Part shown: piece after piece, positions 15,295 through 24,672 of the stretch
Position numbering within the stretch: the stretch's first letter is position 1
How the letters are laid out: each line of letters opens with the position of its first letter
NCBI RefSeq assembly: GCF_035285525.1
Contig: NZ_JAYKGW010000082.1
Coordinates: forward strand, 1 to 24,672
Origin: Okeania sp.
Lineage (GTDB): Bacteria > Cyanobacteriota > Cyanobacteriia > Cyanobacteriales > Microcoleaceae
Direction: 5' to 3'
DNA length: 24,672 bases
Translations under genes and position numbers: made by a program
Notes under the pieces: generated by a model
Database searches by the model: none
The model's input: the letters and a program-made list of their open reading frames with translations, nothing else
Told to the model about the DNA's origin: nothing

Positions 15295-15381
15295 AGGACT
15301 TACGCGGAAACACTAGATATAGTGTTAATCCCATATGCAACAGGTTCTCAACTCTATATATAGTATATTCGCGTAAGTCCT
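15295..15381. mobile_element. MITE-like element, AGGACTTACGC family
   Basis: Ends AGGACTTACGCG ... CGCGTAAGTCCT are a 12-nt perfect inverted repeat. The flanks extend the inverted symmetry. Confidence 0.7.
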
Positions 15382-15506
15382 GTGTATGTAAAGACTTTGA
15401 GATTTAATCAGCCAACCCTAATTTAGGGAATAGGCAACAGGTAATGGTCGAATTAGCAAAAGTTTCAGGCTTTATTTCTAGTTATTGAGATATACCCTTT
15501 TTCTAT

Positions 15507-16145
15507 TCATTTTTTCACCTGCACTACCTGAAGACTACCTCCAGCGTATAAAACAGTTTTAGGTGATTCATTATCAACTAAATTAAACCCTATTTCTTTT
15601 AATAATTCTAATATATTTGTGTTGATAAAATTCCAGCAAGTTTCTGTTTCAAATAACCAGAAAAATATTGCTATTCCCGGCCAAAATAAAGGATTAGTCG
15701 GACTGTGAAAATCAACAAAAGTAAAAATTCCACCTGGCTGCAAAATTCGGTAAACTTCTTGCAGAATTTGCCGTAATTGTTCAGGGTTCATTTCATGTAA
15801 AGCAGCACTGGTATGTACTAAATCAAATTGATTATTTGAGAATGGCATATCTTCAGCAAATGCTTCAACATATCTTGCTGATGGTACATTTTTTTTGGCT
15901 CTATTTATTGATCGTGGAGAAGCATCTAATCCTATGACATTTTGAGAGTGTTGAACTAGAAAATTAGTGGCTTGACCACTACCACAACAAAGGTCAAGTA
16001 TCTGAGTATTTTGGTTAATAATTAAACCTTGCAAAGCCAGTTGGCGAAAGCGAGTTTCTCCCCCAACAGTAAGAGCTGCTAAACGAGAAATTCCGTCGTA
16101 CAACCATTGATATTTATAACTCCAGTCTCTGAAAATTGTTGCCAT
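15507..16145 (-). CDS. Class I SAM-dependent methyltransferase
   Basis: 212 aa. Motif I is ILDLCCGSGQAT, followed by post-I GLDAS and motif-II-like FDLVHTS. Confidence 0.8.
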   Translation of the reverse strand: MATIFRDWSYKYQWLYDGISRLAALTVGGETRFRQLALQGLIINQNTQILDLCCGSGQATNFLVQHSQNVIGLDASPRSINRAKKNVPSARYVEAFAEDMPFSNNQFDLVHTSAALHEMNPEQLRQILQEVYRILQPGGIFTFVDFHSPTNPLFWPGIAIFFWLFETETCWNFINTNILELLKEIGFNLVDNESPKTVLYAGGSLQVVQVKK

Positions 16146-16298
16146 TTTTTTTAATCAAAAGTTATGATTTTTATTTATACTCGACTCAAATAGTTTTGGT
16201 CTATTAGTTGACGGTACATTGTCAGGAAAATATAATTAAGAAAATATAAATATGTTAAATTTAGTAACAAATATTAAAATGGGAGCCTTATTTCAACT

Positions 16299-17462
16299 AT
16301 GAGTCGCATAGGAGTATTATTACTTAATTTAGGTGGGCCTGAACAACTAGAGGATGTGCGCCCCTTTCTCTTCAATTTATTTTCTGACCCAGAAATTATT
16401 CGTTTGCCTTTTCCTTGGCTACAAAAACCCTTAGCGTGGTTCATTTCCAGTATGCGTTTTAAAAAGTCTCAGGAAAATTATAAGGAAATTGGTGGTGGCT
16501 CTCCATTAAGATCGATTACCGAACAGCAAGCTTTAGCTATTCAAAAGCAGTTAGAAGAAAAAGGGTTAGAAGCTCAAAGTTATATAGGAATGCGTTACTG
16601 GCATCCTTTTACAGAAGAAGCTCTGACTAGAATTAAGCGCGACCAAGTAGAAAAATTAGTTATTTTACCACTTTATCCCCAATATTCTATCAGTACAAGT
16701 GGTTCGAGTTTTCGGTTACTTGATAAACTTTGGCAACAAGACCCAGAATTAGATAAAATTGAATATACTGTTATTCCTTCTTGGTATCAACGACCAGGGT
16801 ATATTGAGGCAATGGCAGAATTAATAGCTCAAGAGTTAGACCATTGTCCAAACTCGGAGCAAGTACATATCTTTTTCAGCGCTCATGGTGTACCTGTTAG
16901 TTACGTTGAAGAAGCAGGAGACCCTTATCAAGCAGAAATTGAAGACTGTGTAAATAGAATTATGAAATCTCTGAACCGTCCAAATGCTCATACTCTTGCC
17001 TATCAAAGTAGAGTAGGTCCGGTAGAATGGTTGAAGCCTTACACTGAAGATGCTATTCAAGAATTGGCAGATAGTGGGGTGAAAGATTTATTGGTAGTTC
17101 CTATTAGCTTTGTTTCTGAGCATATTGAAACTCTGCAAGAAATTGATATGGAATACCGTGAGGTGGCAGAAGAAGCCGGAATTACTAATTTTTACCGAGT
17201 ACCTGCTTTGAATACTCACCCAGTATTTATTAATGATTTAGCAGATTTGGTTGTGGAAGCTTTAGATGCTCCAAGTCGCGATTTTTCTGATGCCATCAAA
17301 ATGAAAAAAATTATCAAAATGTATCCTCAAGAAAGATGGCAGTGGGGATTAACTACTACAGCAGAAGTTTGGAATGGACGATTAGCAATGCTTGGCTTTA
17401 TGGCGTTGTTGTTGGAGTTGATTACTGGTTATGGTCCTTTACACTTGGCTGGTTTACTTTGA
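16299..17462 (+). CDS. hemH: Ferrochelatase with C-terminal CAB/HLIP-type transmembrane helix
   Basis: 387 aa. Contains [15 protein letters not shown] and FSAHG ferrochelatase motifs, plus the C-terminal [23 protein letters not shown] chlorophyll-binding-type motif. Confidence 0.93.
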   Translation: MSRIGVLLLNLGGPEQLEDVRPFLFNLFSDPEIIRLPFPWLQKPLAWFISSMRFKKSQENYKEIGGGSPLRSITEQQALAIQKQLEEKGLEAQSYIGMRYWHPFTEEALTRIKRDQVEKLVILPLYPQYSISTSGSSFRLLDKLWQQDPELDKIEYTVIPSWYQRPGYIEAMAELIAQELDHCPNSEQVHIFFSAHGVPVSYVEEAGDPYQAEIEDCVNRIMKSLNRPNAHTLAYQSRVGPVEWLKPYTEDAIQELADSGVKDLLVVPISFVSEHIETLQEIDMEYREVAEEAGITNFYRVPALNTHPVFINDLADLVVEALDAPSRDFSDAIKMKKIIKMYPQERWQWGLTTTAEVWNGRLAMLGFMALLLELITGYGPLHLAGLL

Positions 17463-17507
17463 CATATTCCTAAAGTTGTGCTGTATGAGACAACGTAAGA
17501 TTCTTGA

Positions 17508-17525
17508 GCCAGGGGTTTCCCTGGC
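17508..17525. terminator. GC-rich hairpin between convergent hemH and the DUF4126 gene; candidate bidirectional terminator
   Basis: GCCAGGG-GTTT-CCCTGGC has a 7-bp perfect stem and is followed by CAATGTTTTGG on the plus strand. It lies 46 nt after the hemH stop and 40 nt after the stop of the minus-strand gene. Confidence 0.45.
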
Positions 17526-17564
17526 CAATGTTTTGGCAAATTTCTATTGTAATGCTAGTTAATC

Positions 17565-18167
17565 TTAATCAAAATTCTTGTCAGAAGTTTGTGGACTAAT
17601 ACTAACACTTCGTTTTCTTTTTCCTCGATACCATAAATACCAATTTTGATAACTACGAATAGCTAGCCATAATAATAGTAAAGCAATTAATCCTCCCTGT
17701 TCTGGTGCGTCAAAGGCAAAAATTACTAGACAAATGCAGAGAATGTCTTGAGATAATATCATCCAGAAGGGTAAACCACGCCACCTAAAAAAGTATCCAA
17801 TTTGAACCAGTTGGAGTACCAAGGCAAATAAACCTCCCACAACTCCAATAACTATAATTAACCAACCTTTTATATTAGTAGCTTCAGCGATCGCCATACT
17901 CATAATTGTTCCGACTATGGGACTAAATATAAGTTGAACTAAGTTAAGAATGCGCTGACCTAAAAGTTTTTTTGAGGCAAATATTTCAAACAAAGACCAA
18001 CTAACTAAAATTCCGACCACTATTTGAGGAGATACTTTAGAGAGGAGAGGAACTTTTGCCCATAGGTCGTTTTGCAATAAACCTATTAGCAGTAGAGGTA
18101 ATGCTATTCTGATACCTGCGGCGGCTGATGCAGACAAGGCTGCGAGGACTTCTACCATAAAGTACAA
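17565..18167 (-). CDS. DUF4126-like integral membrane protein
   Basis: 200 aa with about 5 hydrophobic segments. N-terminal VLAALSASAAAGIRIALPLLLIGLL resembles DUF4126 proteins. The start could instead be Met4 (18158). Confidence 0.6.
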   Translation of the reverse strand: MYFMVEVLAALSASAAAGIRIALPLLLIGLLQNDLWAKVPLLSKVSPQIVVGILVSWSLFEIFASKKLLGQRILNLVQLIFSPIVGTIMSMAIAEATNIKGWLIIVIGVVGGLFALVLQLVQIGYFFRWRGLPFWMILSQDILCICLVIFAFDAPEQGGLIALLLLWLAIRSYQNWYLWYRGKRKRSVSISPQTSDKNFD

Positions 18168-18567
18168 ATAAAAGTATGGTTTTTATGTATTATATATTTT
18201 CTTTCTTGATATTGGGAAAAGTTTAGACTTGATAGCAGTTTTGATTTATATAGTCCACAAAGATTTTGGTTGAAAAGCAAAAGGCACAAAGTAAGAATTT
18301 AGAATTGAAGTAGCTATTCAGGTGTTGGGGTTGACAAATAATCATAGTATTTATGAATTTCCATAGATTTTTTAGTCTGACTTATAAATTATTTAGTATT
18401 CTTAGATACAGTTTTTAGTTGGGAAACACTGATCATGCACAAAATCAAAAATAATGCAATTCCCAGACCTGAATGCTTACGGCACAAAATATTTAATTGA
18501 CTTAATAATTATAACTTTTTTTGAGCAAAATGGAGCGTTATTTCAGTTATCAGTTATCAGTTATCAG

Positions 18568-18788
18568 GTAAGCATTTCCTGCGGAATGCGCTCGCATTCA
18601 GTTATTAGCAGTCTGCATCGTCAGCTAATAGCCGAGCAAATGTACAGAACTGATTAAAATTAGCGGACGATCTTTTTCTTTATATTTCACTTTTTGCAGA
18701 TTAATTCCTCCTGACAAACAGGATAAGTTAATAATTAGCGAAGCTCCTCTGAAAGAGGCTGGCTGATAGCTGACGGCTGAATGCTTAC
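18568..18788. mobile_element. GTAAGCATT...GCTGAATGCTTAC inverted-repeat-bounded module (copy 4)
   Basis: Left end GTAAGCATTTCCTGCGGAATGCGCTCGCATTCAGTTATTAGCAG. Right end GCTGATAGCTGACGGCTGAATGCTTAC. Preceded by CAGTTAT heptamers (18545-18567). Confidence 0.6.
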
Positions 18789-19144
18789 GTTATCAGTACT
18801 TAATGGAATAAGAAGGTTTGAAGTAGGAAATCTTCTTTTTTTTTATCCTCTTAAAAAAAGTTAGTTTGAATTAATTTTAGCTACTAAAAATTAATAGGCA
18901 AGATGAGTAATTGTCTATGCAAAATTAATTATCTATAGCCATCCTAAATATATGTAATTAATTTGGTAATTAGCACATTTTTTTGTATTTAACACAGGAT
19001 TTAATAACTTTTAACTAATTCTGTTGTTCGGTGCAGATTTGAAATAAAATATTATTAATTTTTTTAACTATTAGAGTCAATTAAAAGACAAAAGATTTAT
19101 GATCGAAATATAAAAATAAATTTAGTTATAACCAAGAGGTATTT

Positions 19145-20431
19145 ATGACAAATTCTTTGTTTGATGATGCTAGTCGTAGATTAGAAAAAGCTTTAAAATA
19201 TGTCTCTCTTTCAGAAGATACAAAAGAGCGCCTCAAATATCCTAAAGCTACTTTAATAGTTTCAATTCCTGTCAGGATGGATGATGGTTCATTACGAGTT
19301 TTTCAAGGTTATCGAGTTCGTTATGATGATACACGAGGACCGACAAAAGGTGGGATTCGTTATCATCCTAATGTGTCTATTGATGAGGTAAAATCTTTAG
19401 CTTTTTGGATGACTTTTAAATGTGCTGTGATGAGTTTACCTTTTGGAGGTGCGAAAGGTGGCATTACTATTAATCCTAAAGAATTATCTCGAATGGAATT
19501 AGAACGTTTGAGTCGGGGATATATTGATGCGATCGCTGATTTTATTGGTCCTGATGTGGATATTCCGGCACCGGATATGTACACAAACCCAATGATTATG
19601 GGTTGGATGATGGATGAATATAGTATTATTAAAAGGAAGTTAAGTCCGGCAGTTATTACTGGGAAACCTGTTAGTATTGGTGGTAGTTTGGGCAGAAATA
19701 CGGCAACGGCAATGGGTGCTTTTTTTGCCATTGAAACTATCATGCCAAAGTTTGAATATATGCCTGAAAAAACTACGGTTGCCATCCAAGGATTTGGTAA
19801 TGCTGGAGCAGTTTTAGCAGAGTTACTTTGTCAAGGTGGTTATAAAGTAGTTGCTGTTAGTGATTCTCAGGGGGGAATTTATTCTCCACAGGGTTTAGAT
19901 ATTCCGAGTATTCGTCAATATAAGGAGTCTAATAAACATATACAAGCAGTTTATTGTCAGGATACTGTTTGTAATATTGTTGAACATAAAGTTTTAACTA
20001 ATCAAGAACTTTTAGCTTTAGATGTTGACATTTTAATTCCTGCTGCTTTGGAGAATCAAATTACCGAAGAAAATGTCAAAGATATTAAAGCAAAGTTCAT
20101 TTTTGAAGTGGCGAATGGTCCGATTAATTCTGCTGCGGATAAAGTTTTAGAAGAGCAAGGAATTTATGTATTTCCTGATATTTTGATTAATGCTGGTGGT
20201 GTAACTGTAAGTTATTTTGAGTGGGTACAAAATCGCAGTGGTTTGTATTGGACTTTAGATGAAGTTAATCAGAAATTGCAGAAAAAAATAGTGACAGAAA
20301 CAGAGAGTATTTGGCAAATATCTCAAGAGTTATCTATTTCTATGCGAACTGCTGCTTATGTGCATGGTTTAAATAGATTGGGAGAAGCAATTAATGCTAA
20401 AGGAACTAGAGATTTTTATGTTAAAAATTAG
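19145..20431 (+). CDS. gdhA: Glutamate dehydrogenase (Glu/Leu/Phe/Val dehydrogenase family)
   Basis: 428 aa. Contains GPTKGGIRYHP, the catalytic-Lys segment LPFGGAKGGI and the dinucleotide fold IQGFGNAGA. Confidence 0.92.
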   Translation: MTNSLFDDASRRLEKALKYVSLSEDTKERLKYPKATLIVSIPVRMDDGSLRVFQGYRVRYDDTRGPTKGGIRYHPNVSIDEVKSLAFWMTFKCAVMSLPFGGAKGGITINPKELSRMELERLSRGYIDAIADFIGPDVDIPAPDMYTNPMIMGWMMDEYSIIKRKLSPAVITGKPVSIGGSLGRNTATAMGAFFAIETIMPKFEYMPEKTTVAIQGFGNAGAVLAELLCQGGYKVVAVSDSQGGIYSPQGLDIPSIRQYKESNKHIQAVYCQDTVCNIVEHKVLTNQELLALDVDILIPAALENQITEENVKDIKAKFIFEVANGPINSAADKVLEEQGIYVFPDILINAGGVTVSYFEWVQNRSGLYWTLDEVNQKLQKKIVTETESIWQISQELSISMRTAAYVHGLNRLGEAINAKGTRDFYVKN

Positions 20432-20640
20432 CTCAATTTAAGAATCTATAAACTTAATTTAATTCCTGAAAAACTGTTACTATTAGATGGGGAATTTAGA
20501 GAATAACTTAACAGTATTTACTATTAATCCCGTCTGGAAAAAATACTTAGGGATTGCTGAATAAAGTCTTTTTGCTCTTTGTAGGAGTCAACCCACCCCT
20601 AACCCTTCCCAGGAGGGGAAATCAGGAGGAATTTCTAGGT

Positions 20641-20910
20641 TTAAATACCATGTTTTTTTCTCAACTCTGCTAATGCCAAACGGGCAGGTTTTGCATAATC
20701 TTGTTCAAATTCTGTTATACCTTCCCGGGTTGCTGCTACTGATTCAGCATAATCTAATCTTTCTAATAATTTTTGATAGACAACTGCATCTTGAATAACT
20801 AACTCCACTTTACCATTAACTGTCAGAACTATAGTCTTTTGTGTTTCTTTAATTTGCTGGACAAAATACTTAGGGTTATGCTGGAAATCTGTGAGTGAAT
20901 GGTTGGTCAT
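20641..20910 (-). CDS. Phd/YefM-type antitoxin-like protein, no adjacent toxin ORF
   Basis: 89 aa. The pattern LTDFQHNPKYFVQQIKETQKTIVLTVNGKVELVIQDAVVYQKLLERL fits the Phd/YefM fold. Confidence 0.65.
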   Translation of the reverse strand: MTNHSLTDFQHNPKYFVQQIKETQKTIVLTVNGKVELVIQDAVVYQKLLERLDYAESVAATREGITEFEQDYAKPARLALAELRKKHGI

Positions 20911-21095
20911 TTCAGTTATCAGTTATCAATTAAATTTAATCAAGATGGGTTAATTTATGAATATATTGATGCTTGAGATAGAAAACCAAGTGAAATATTA
21001 AAGCAGTTTTTTAGAAAGATAGTACCACAGTAGCACAGCCATCTTGGCTGTTATTTTCTAACAGCTAAGATGCTTGTACTGCTATCAGAAAAGTA

Positions 21096-21277
21096 GTAAG
21101 TATTCAGCTCTTAGTTTTTTAATGAATGAATGAACTAAGTCAAGCTTTCTTTTGACTTCTACTTTTAATTTTCAACTATATATATATATCTGAGTTTTTA
21201 ACCCATATAATTTATAGGCAGAAATTATAGATGTTTTTCAGAAGATGATAGCTGATAGCTAATAGCTGAATGCTTAC
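21096..21277. mobile_element. GTAAGTATTCAGC...GCTGAATGCTTAC inverted-repeat-bounded module (copy 5)
   Basis: Left end GTAAGTATTCAGCTCTTAG. Right end GATAGCTGATAGCTAATAGCTGAATGCTTAC. Ends 20 nt from the metF stop. Confidence 0.6.
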
Positions 21278-21296
21278 AACAAGCAAGATGTTTGTG

Positions 21297-22181
21297 TTAC
21301 TTAATTGAAATTTCTGCCATATCTAATATCTTGGGAACTAAGTCTTCTCGCTTAATTGCCATTATATGAACTCCATGACAAATTTGACTGGCAATTTTAA
21401 TTTGTTCCGCAGCAATTTTAATTCCTTCTTGTAAAGGTTTTTCCGCATTTGCTAAACGATTAATAATATGTTCTGGTATCTCAACTCCTGGCACATACTT
21501 ATTCAAAAAAGCAGCATTTTTAGCAGACTTTAATAAAAATATTCCAGCTAAAATTGGCTTATTACTATCAACTGCAATTTCATTCATAAACTTTTCTAAC
21601 TTCTCAAAATCACAAATTAATTGGCTTTGAAAAAATTGAGAACCTGCCAATAATTTCCGTTCAAATCGTTTCTTTAATCCCGATAAACTAGGAGACTGAG
21701 GATCTACCGCAGCACCTGGAAATAAATCTGTTGCTCCGTCTGGTAAAGCTTTCTCATTCCAGTCAATACCTTGGTTTAAATTACCAATCATTTTTAATAG
21801 ACGTGTAGACTCCATGTCAAATACACTTTTAGCATCTTTATGGTCTCCTGCTTTTACAGGGTCGCCAGTTAAAGCTAAAATGTTATTAAGTCCTAAAGCT
21901 GAAGCTCCCATTAAATCAGCTTGTAAAGCTATGCGGTTGCGATCGCGACAAGCTACTTGACATATTGGTTCGAGGCCATGATTTTTTAAGATTATGCAAG
22001 CTGCTAAGGAAGACATTCTGAGGACAGCACGACTACCATCGGTAACATTAATAGCATGAACTCTACCCTTGAGAGTTTCAGCCATTTTAATCATGTGAGT
22101 AGGGTCTGCTCCCTTGGGTGGTGCAACTTCAGCAGTGATTAAAAATTCTCCAGATTTGATAGCGTTGCGAAATTTATTCAT
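21297..22181 (-). CDS. metF: 5,10-methylenetetrahydrofolate reductase
   Basis: 294 aa. The pattern EFLITAEVAPPKG, VTDGSRA, NILALTGDP and PGAAVDP is consistent with MTHFR-family TIM-barrel proteins. Confidence 0.85.
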   Translation of the reverse strand: MNKFRNAIKSGEFLITAEVAPPKGADPTHMIKMAETLKGRVHAINVTDGSRAVLRMSSLAACIILKNHGLEPICQVACRDRNRIALQADLMGASALGLNNILALTGDPVKAGDHKDAKSVFDMESTRLLKMIGNLNQGIDWNEKALPDGATDLFPGAAVDPQSPSLSGLKKRFERKLLAGSQFFQSQLICDFEKLEKFMNEIAVDSNKPILAGIFLLKSAKNAAFLNKYVPGVEIPEHIINRLANAEKPLQEGIKIAAEQIKIASQICHGVHIMAIKREDLVPKILDMAEISIK

Positions 22182-22266
22182 TGATTTTTATTGGTTTTTT
22201 GTTATGGTAAAGTTGTTAATTTTTGAGGATTCAGCGATTTGTTAATTAATAATTAATAATGAAAAC

Positions 22267-22364
22267 TATCCCCCTAAATCCCCCTTTGAAAGGGGGACTT
22301 TGAAGATTACCTACAAAGCAGGGCTTTGAAGACTCCCCCGCTTGAGAAGGGGGTTAGGGGGATA
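22267..22364. mobile_element. MITE-like element with TATCCCCCTAA(A/C)CCCCC terminal inverted repeats
   Basis: TATCCCCCTAAATCCCCCTTT ... AAGGGGGTTAGGGGGATA. Flanked by AT-only TTAATTAATAATTAATAAT and TAATTATTAATTA blocks. Confidence 0.65.
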
Positions 22365-22679
22365 TCCAGAACTGTAACTCATCAATGTGTAATCCACTGT
22401 AATTATTAATTAGGGCTTGGTGATTAAATATCAAAGTGTTTACGGGCATTGCTTTCAGGATTTATAGATACTAATAAAGTACCAGCTTTTAGGTGATTCC
22501 AGCTTAAAAATCTAGGATTTTCGGCATTTCGAGGGGTAAAAAATTAGGGTAAGATTCTTCTGTAGGGACGTTGCATAAGAGCGTCCCTACTCTTCTATGA
22601 TTCTTATTCCTCGTGGATTCTGGATTCTGGCTTCTCCCTGCTACTAAAAGACTTTTCAGCCAACCCTAATTATTAATTA

Positions 22680-23678
22680 TTAATTATATCCCAGTGCTTT
22701 TTTAACTTTTTCTAGAGTTTGATTAGCGATCGCTTCGGCTTTTTCTTTTCCTGATTTTAAAACAGATTCAAGATAACCTTTATCATCTATTACTGCTTGA
22801 TATTTAGTTTGAATAGGAGTTAAAGCTGTAATAGTTGCTTCAGTTAATAAAGGTTTAAATTTACCCCATCCCATATCTTGACATTCTGTTATCACCTCTT
22901 CCTTATTTTGATTAGAAAATAATCCATAAAGAGTCAATAAATTATTACATTCTGGTCGTTCCGGATTATCAAATTCCAAACCTTTAATTGGGTCAGTTTT
23001 GCAACGTTTAATTTTTTTAGTAATTACATCTGGGGGGTCTAATAAATTAATTCTACTCAATTCTGAAGGGTCAGACTTAGACATTTTGCTAGTACCATCC
23101 GTTAAACTCATTACCCTAGCACCCTCTTTTCTAATTAAAGGTTCTGGTAACTTTAAAATAGTTTCTCCTTCCCCAAATTGATGATTAAATCTAACCGCTA
23201 TATCACGAGTAAGTTCCAAATGTTGTTTTTGGTCTTCTCCCACAGGAACCTTATCTGCATCATAAAGAAGAATATCTGCAGCCATTAAAACAGGATAATC
23301 TAATAAACCCGTACCCACATTTTCTCCCTGTTTAATAGCTTTTTCCTTAAATTGAATCATATCTGTCAACCAATTAAGAGGAGTAATACAGTTGAGAAAC
23401 CATGTTAATTCACAATGAGCAGGAATGTGAGATTGAACAAATATAGTAGAATAATCCAAGTCAATACCGCAGGCCAAATATAAAGCAGCAATAGTATAAG
23501 TATCTGTAGCTAATGTCGCCGGATTATGGGGTACCGTAATAGCGTGCAAATCTACTACACAGAAAAAATTATCGTATTCTTTTTGTCCTTCTACCCAGTT
23601 GCGAATTGCCCCTAAATAATTACCAATATGAAGGTTTCCAGTTGGTTGAACTCCAGAGAGTACACGCTTTTTACCCAT
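22680..23678 (-). CDS. trpS: Tryptophan--tRNA ligase
   Basis: 332 aa with class I signatures GVQPTGNLHIGNY (HIGH) and KMSKS. Confidence 0.95.
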   Translation of the reverse strand: MGKKRVLSGVQPTGNLHIGNYLGAIRNWVEGQKEYDNFFCVVDLHAITVPHNPATLATDTYTIAALYLACGIDLDYSTIFVQSHIPAHCELTWFLNCITPLNWLTDMIQFKEKAIKQGENVGTGLLDYPVLMAADILLYDADKVPVGEDQKQHLELTRDIAVRFNHQFGEGETILKLPEPLIRKEGARVMSLTDGTSKMSKSDPSELSRINLLDPPDVITKKIKRCKTDPIKGLEFDNPERPECNNLLTLYGLFSNQNKEEVITECQDMGWGKFKPLLTEATITALTPIQTKYQAVIDDKGYLESVLKSGKEKAEAIANQTLEKVKKALGYN

Positions 23679-23738
23679 TATTTTCCTAAATTAAATTTAC
23701 TTGTTTAAAATTAATTAAACTTAACAATAACATATTTA

Positions 23739-23786
23739 GGGAACACTTAACTGGGAACACAGAAGGTGGGAACAGGGAACAGGGAG
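23739..23786. repeat. GGGAACA heptamer-type repeat block, second locus
   Basis: GGGAACACTTAACTGGGAACACAGAAGGTGGGAACAGGGAACAGGGAG shares its first 20 nt with 4624. Confidence 0.85.
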
Positions 23787-24248
23787 TATTAATTACTAGA
23801 TAATGGATAATTAGGCTAGCTAAATAAATCTAAAATTATTGACAGATAAATGTTTTAGTTTTTAATAGGGAAAAAGTACCTGATTTTCAGCTATTTACGC
23901 TTAAAATCCTCACTGTTTGAGCAAGAATTAGGCAAAAAAATTACTCCCTATCACCCCATCTCCTTAAAAAAAGACTTTTACGGTTCCCGATAAATAAGCA
24001 AACCCTAATTAGGGTTTTCATTGAAAGGGGAAACTTTAAAAATTGAATTATTTAATGCTTAATTATTGATTATTAATTAATTTCAAACTTATTCACTTAG
24101 GCTATCCTCTCGTAATAATTCAGCACTATCAGTAAAAGTTTGACAAAAAAACAATATCTCAAGCTTTTCCTTTTAAGGGGATGAAAAAATATTCAATTCA
24201 ATATTTAAAGCTATGGTTTTAGGGAGAGGTACTGATAACTAATAACTG

Positions 24249-24431
24249 TTAACTAAAATGACCTTTGTATTGTTGTAATAAACATTCAAATTTTAATTTT
24301 GACTCTTGATGATTTTGTTTGATAATAAGTTGATATACAACCGTAGCTTCAATTTATTGATTAATAATTGGTAAACGAAGAGATAAAATTCCATCTCCAC
24401 CAATGTGTGTTTTTATGTTGATACTTTCCAT
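24249..24431 (-). pseudogene. Small ORF (25 + 34 codons) interrupted by one in-frame TAA
   Basis: Minus-strand translation is MESINIKTHIGGDGILSLRLPIINQ-stop-IEATVVYQLIIKQNHQESKLKFECLLQQYKGHFS-stop. It reads through in one frame (183 nt). Confidence 0.35.
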
Positions 24432-24538
24432 AATTTATAAACTCTTGTGATTGGATAAACTTAACTCTATTTTAAATAAAAATAAATAGATTATTCTGTT
24501 TTACCAAAAAAATGAGGGTATCTGCCTTCCCTTAAAAA

Positions 24539-24672
24539 TCTTTTCTCCTCTGCCCCCCTACTCCCTGATGTAGGTTGGGTTGAGGAACGAAACCGAACAA
24601 AAACCTTTTCTCCCCTACTCCCTGATGTAGGTTGGGTTGAGGAACGAAACCGAACAAAAACCTTTTCTCCCC
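24539..24672. repeat. 57-bp tandem repeat (about 2.2 copies) containing half GTAGGTTGGGTT elements, truncated by the window edge
   Basis: The unit CCTTTTCTCCCCTACTCCCTGATGTAGGTTGGGTTGAGGAACGAAACCGAACAAAAA runs 24604-24660. A variant copy precedes it and a new copy starts at 24661. Confidence 0.9.

Noticed and set aside
16836-17060. 74-aa antisense ORF within hemH
   Set aside because: Shadow ORF opposite a well-supported CDS.
18454-18657. 67-aa ORF (+) upstream of gdhA
   Set aside because: It runs through CAGTTAT heptamer repeats and the arm of an inverted-repeat module, so it is a repeat-derived frame.
19363-19785. 140-aa antisense ORF within gdhA
   Set aside because: Shadow ORF opposite a gene with unambiguous GDH motifs.
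22999-23181. 60-aa antisense ORF within trpS
   Set aside because: Shadow ORF opposite a gene with HIGH and KMSKS motifs.

Overview
AT-rich chromosomal sequence from a cyanobacterium, most likely a filamentous Nostocales-type genome. Evidence: psbZ, a ferrochelatase with a C-terminal CAB/HLIP helix, at least 10 HIP1 octamers (GCGATCGC), heptamer repeats and several small dispersed-repeat families. All family names come from motif recognition by eye; no searches or alignments were run. I support 18 protein-coding ORFs, mostly housekeeping: trpS, metF, gdhA, hemH, psbZ, ribH, desC, an aluminium-resistance/Met-gamma-lyase-family PLP enzyme, an NMT1-type substrate-binding lipoprotein and a SAM methyltransferase. 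The accessory-looking genes are a vWA(TerF-like) plus TerD pair, a Uma2/DUF820 nuclease-like gene, a DICT plus degenerate HD-GYP protein, a split DUF3754-like membrane protein, and two partnerless antitoxin-like genes (RHH and Phd/YefM). There is also one tRNA-Gly(GCC). I see no CRISPR array, transposase, integrase, reverse transcriptase or complete known defence operon, and I could not identify a convincing novel multi-gene system. What stands out is the repeat biology. At least four MITE-like families and several tandem arrays fill almost every intergenic gap. Three repeat insertions within 2.3 kb are each flanked by duplications of 60-120 bp of host sequence that include gene ends (terD 5' and 3', Uma2 3'). 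A 37-bp spacerless tandem array lies next to the RHH gene. Two ORFs are interrupted by a single in-frame TAA. AT-only palindromic TTAATTA blocks supply the Asn-stop endings of three unrelated genes. The window starts and ends inside tandem arrays, which looks like an assembly break.
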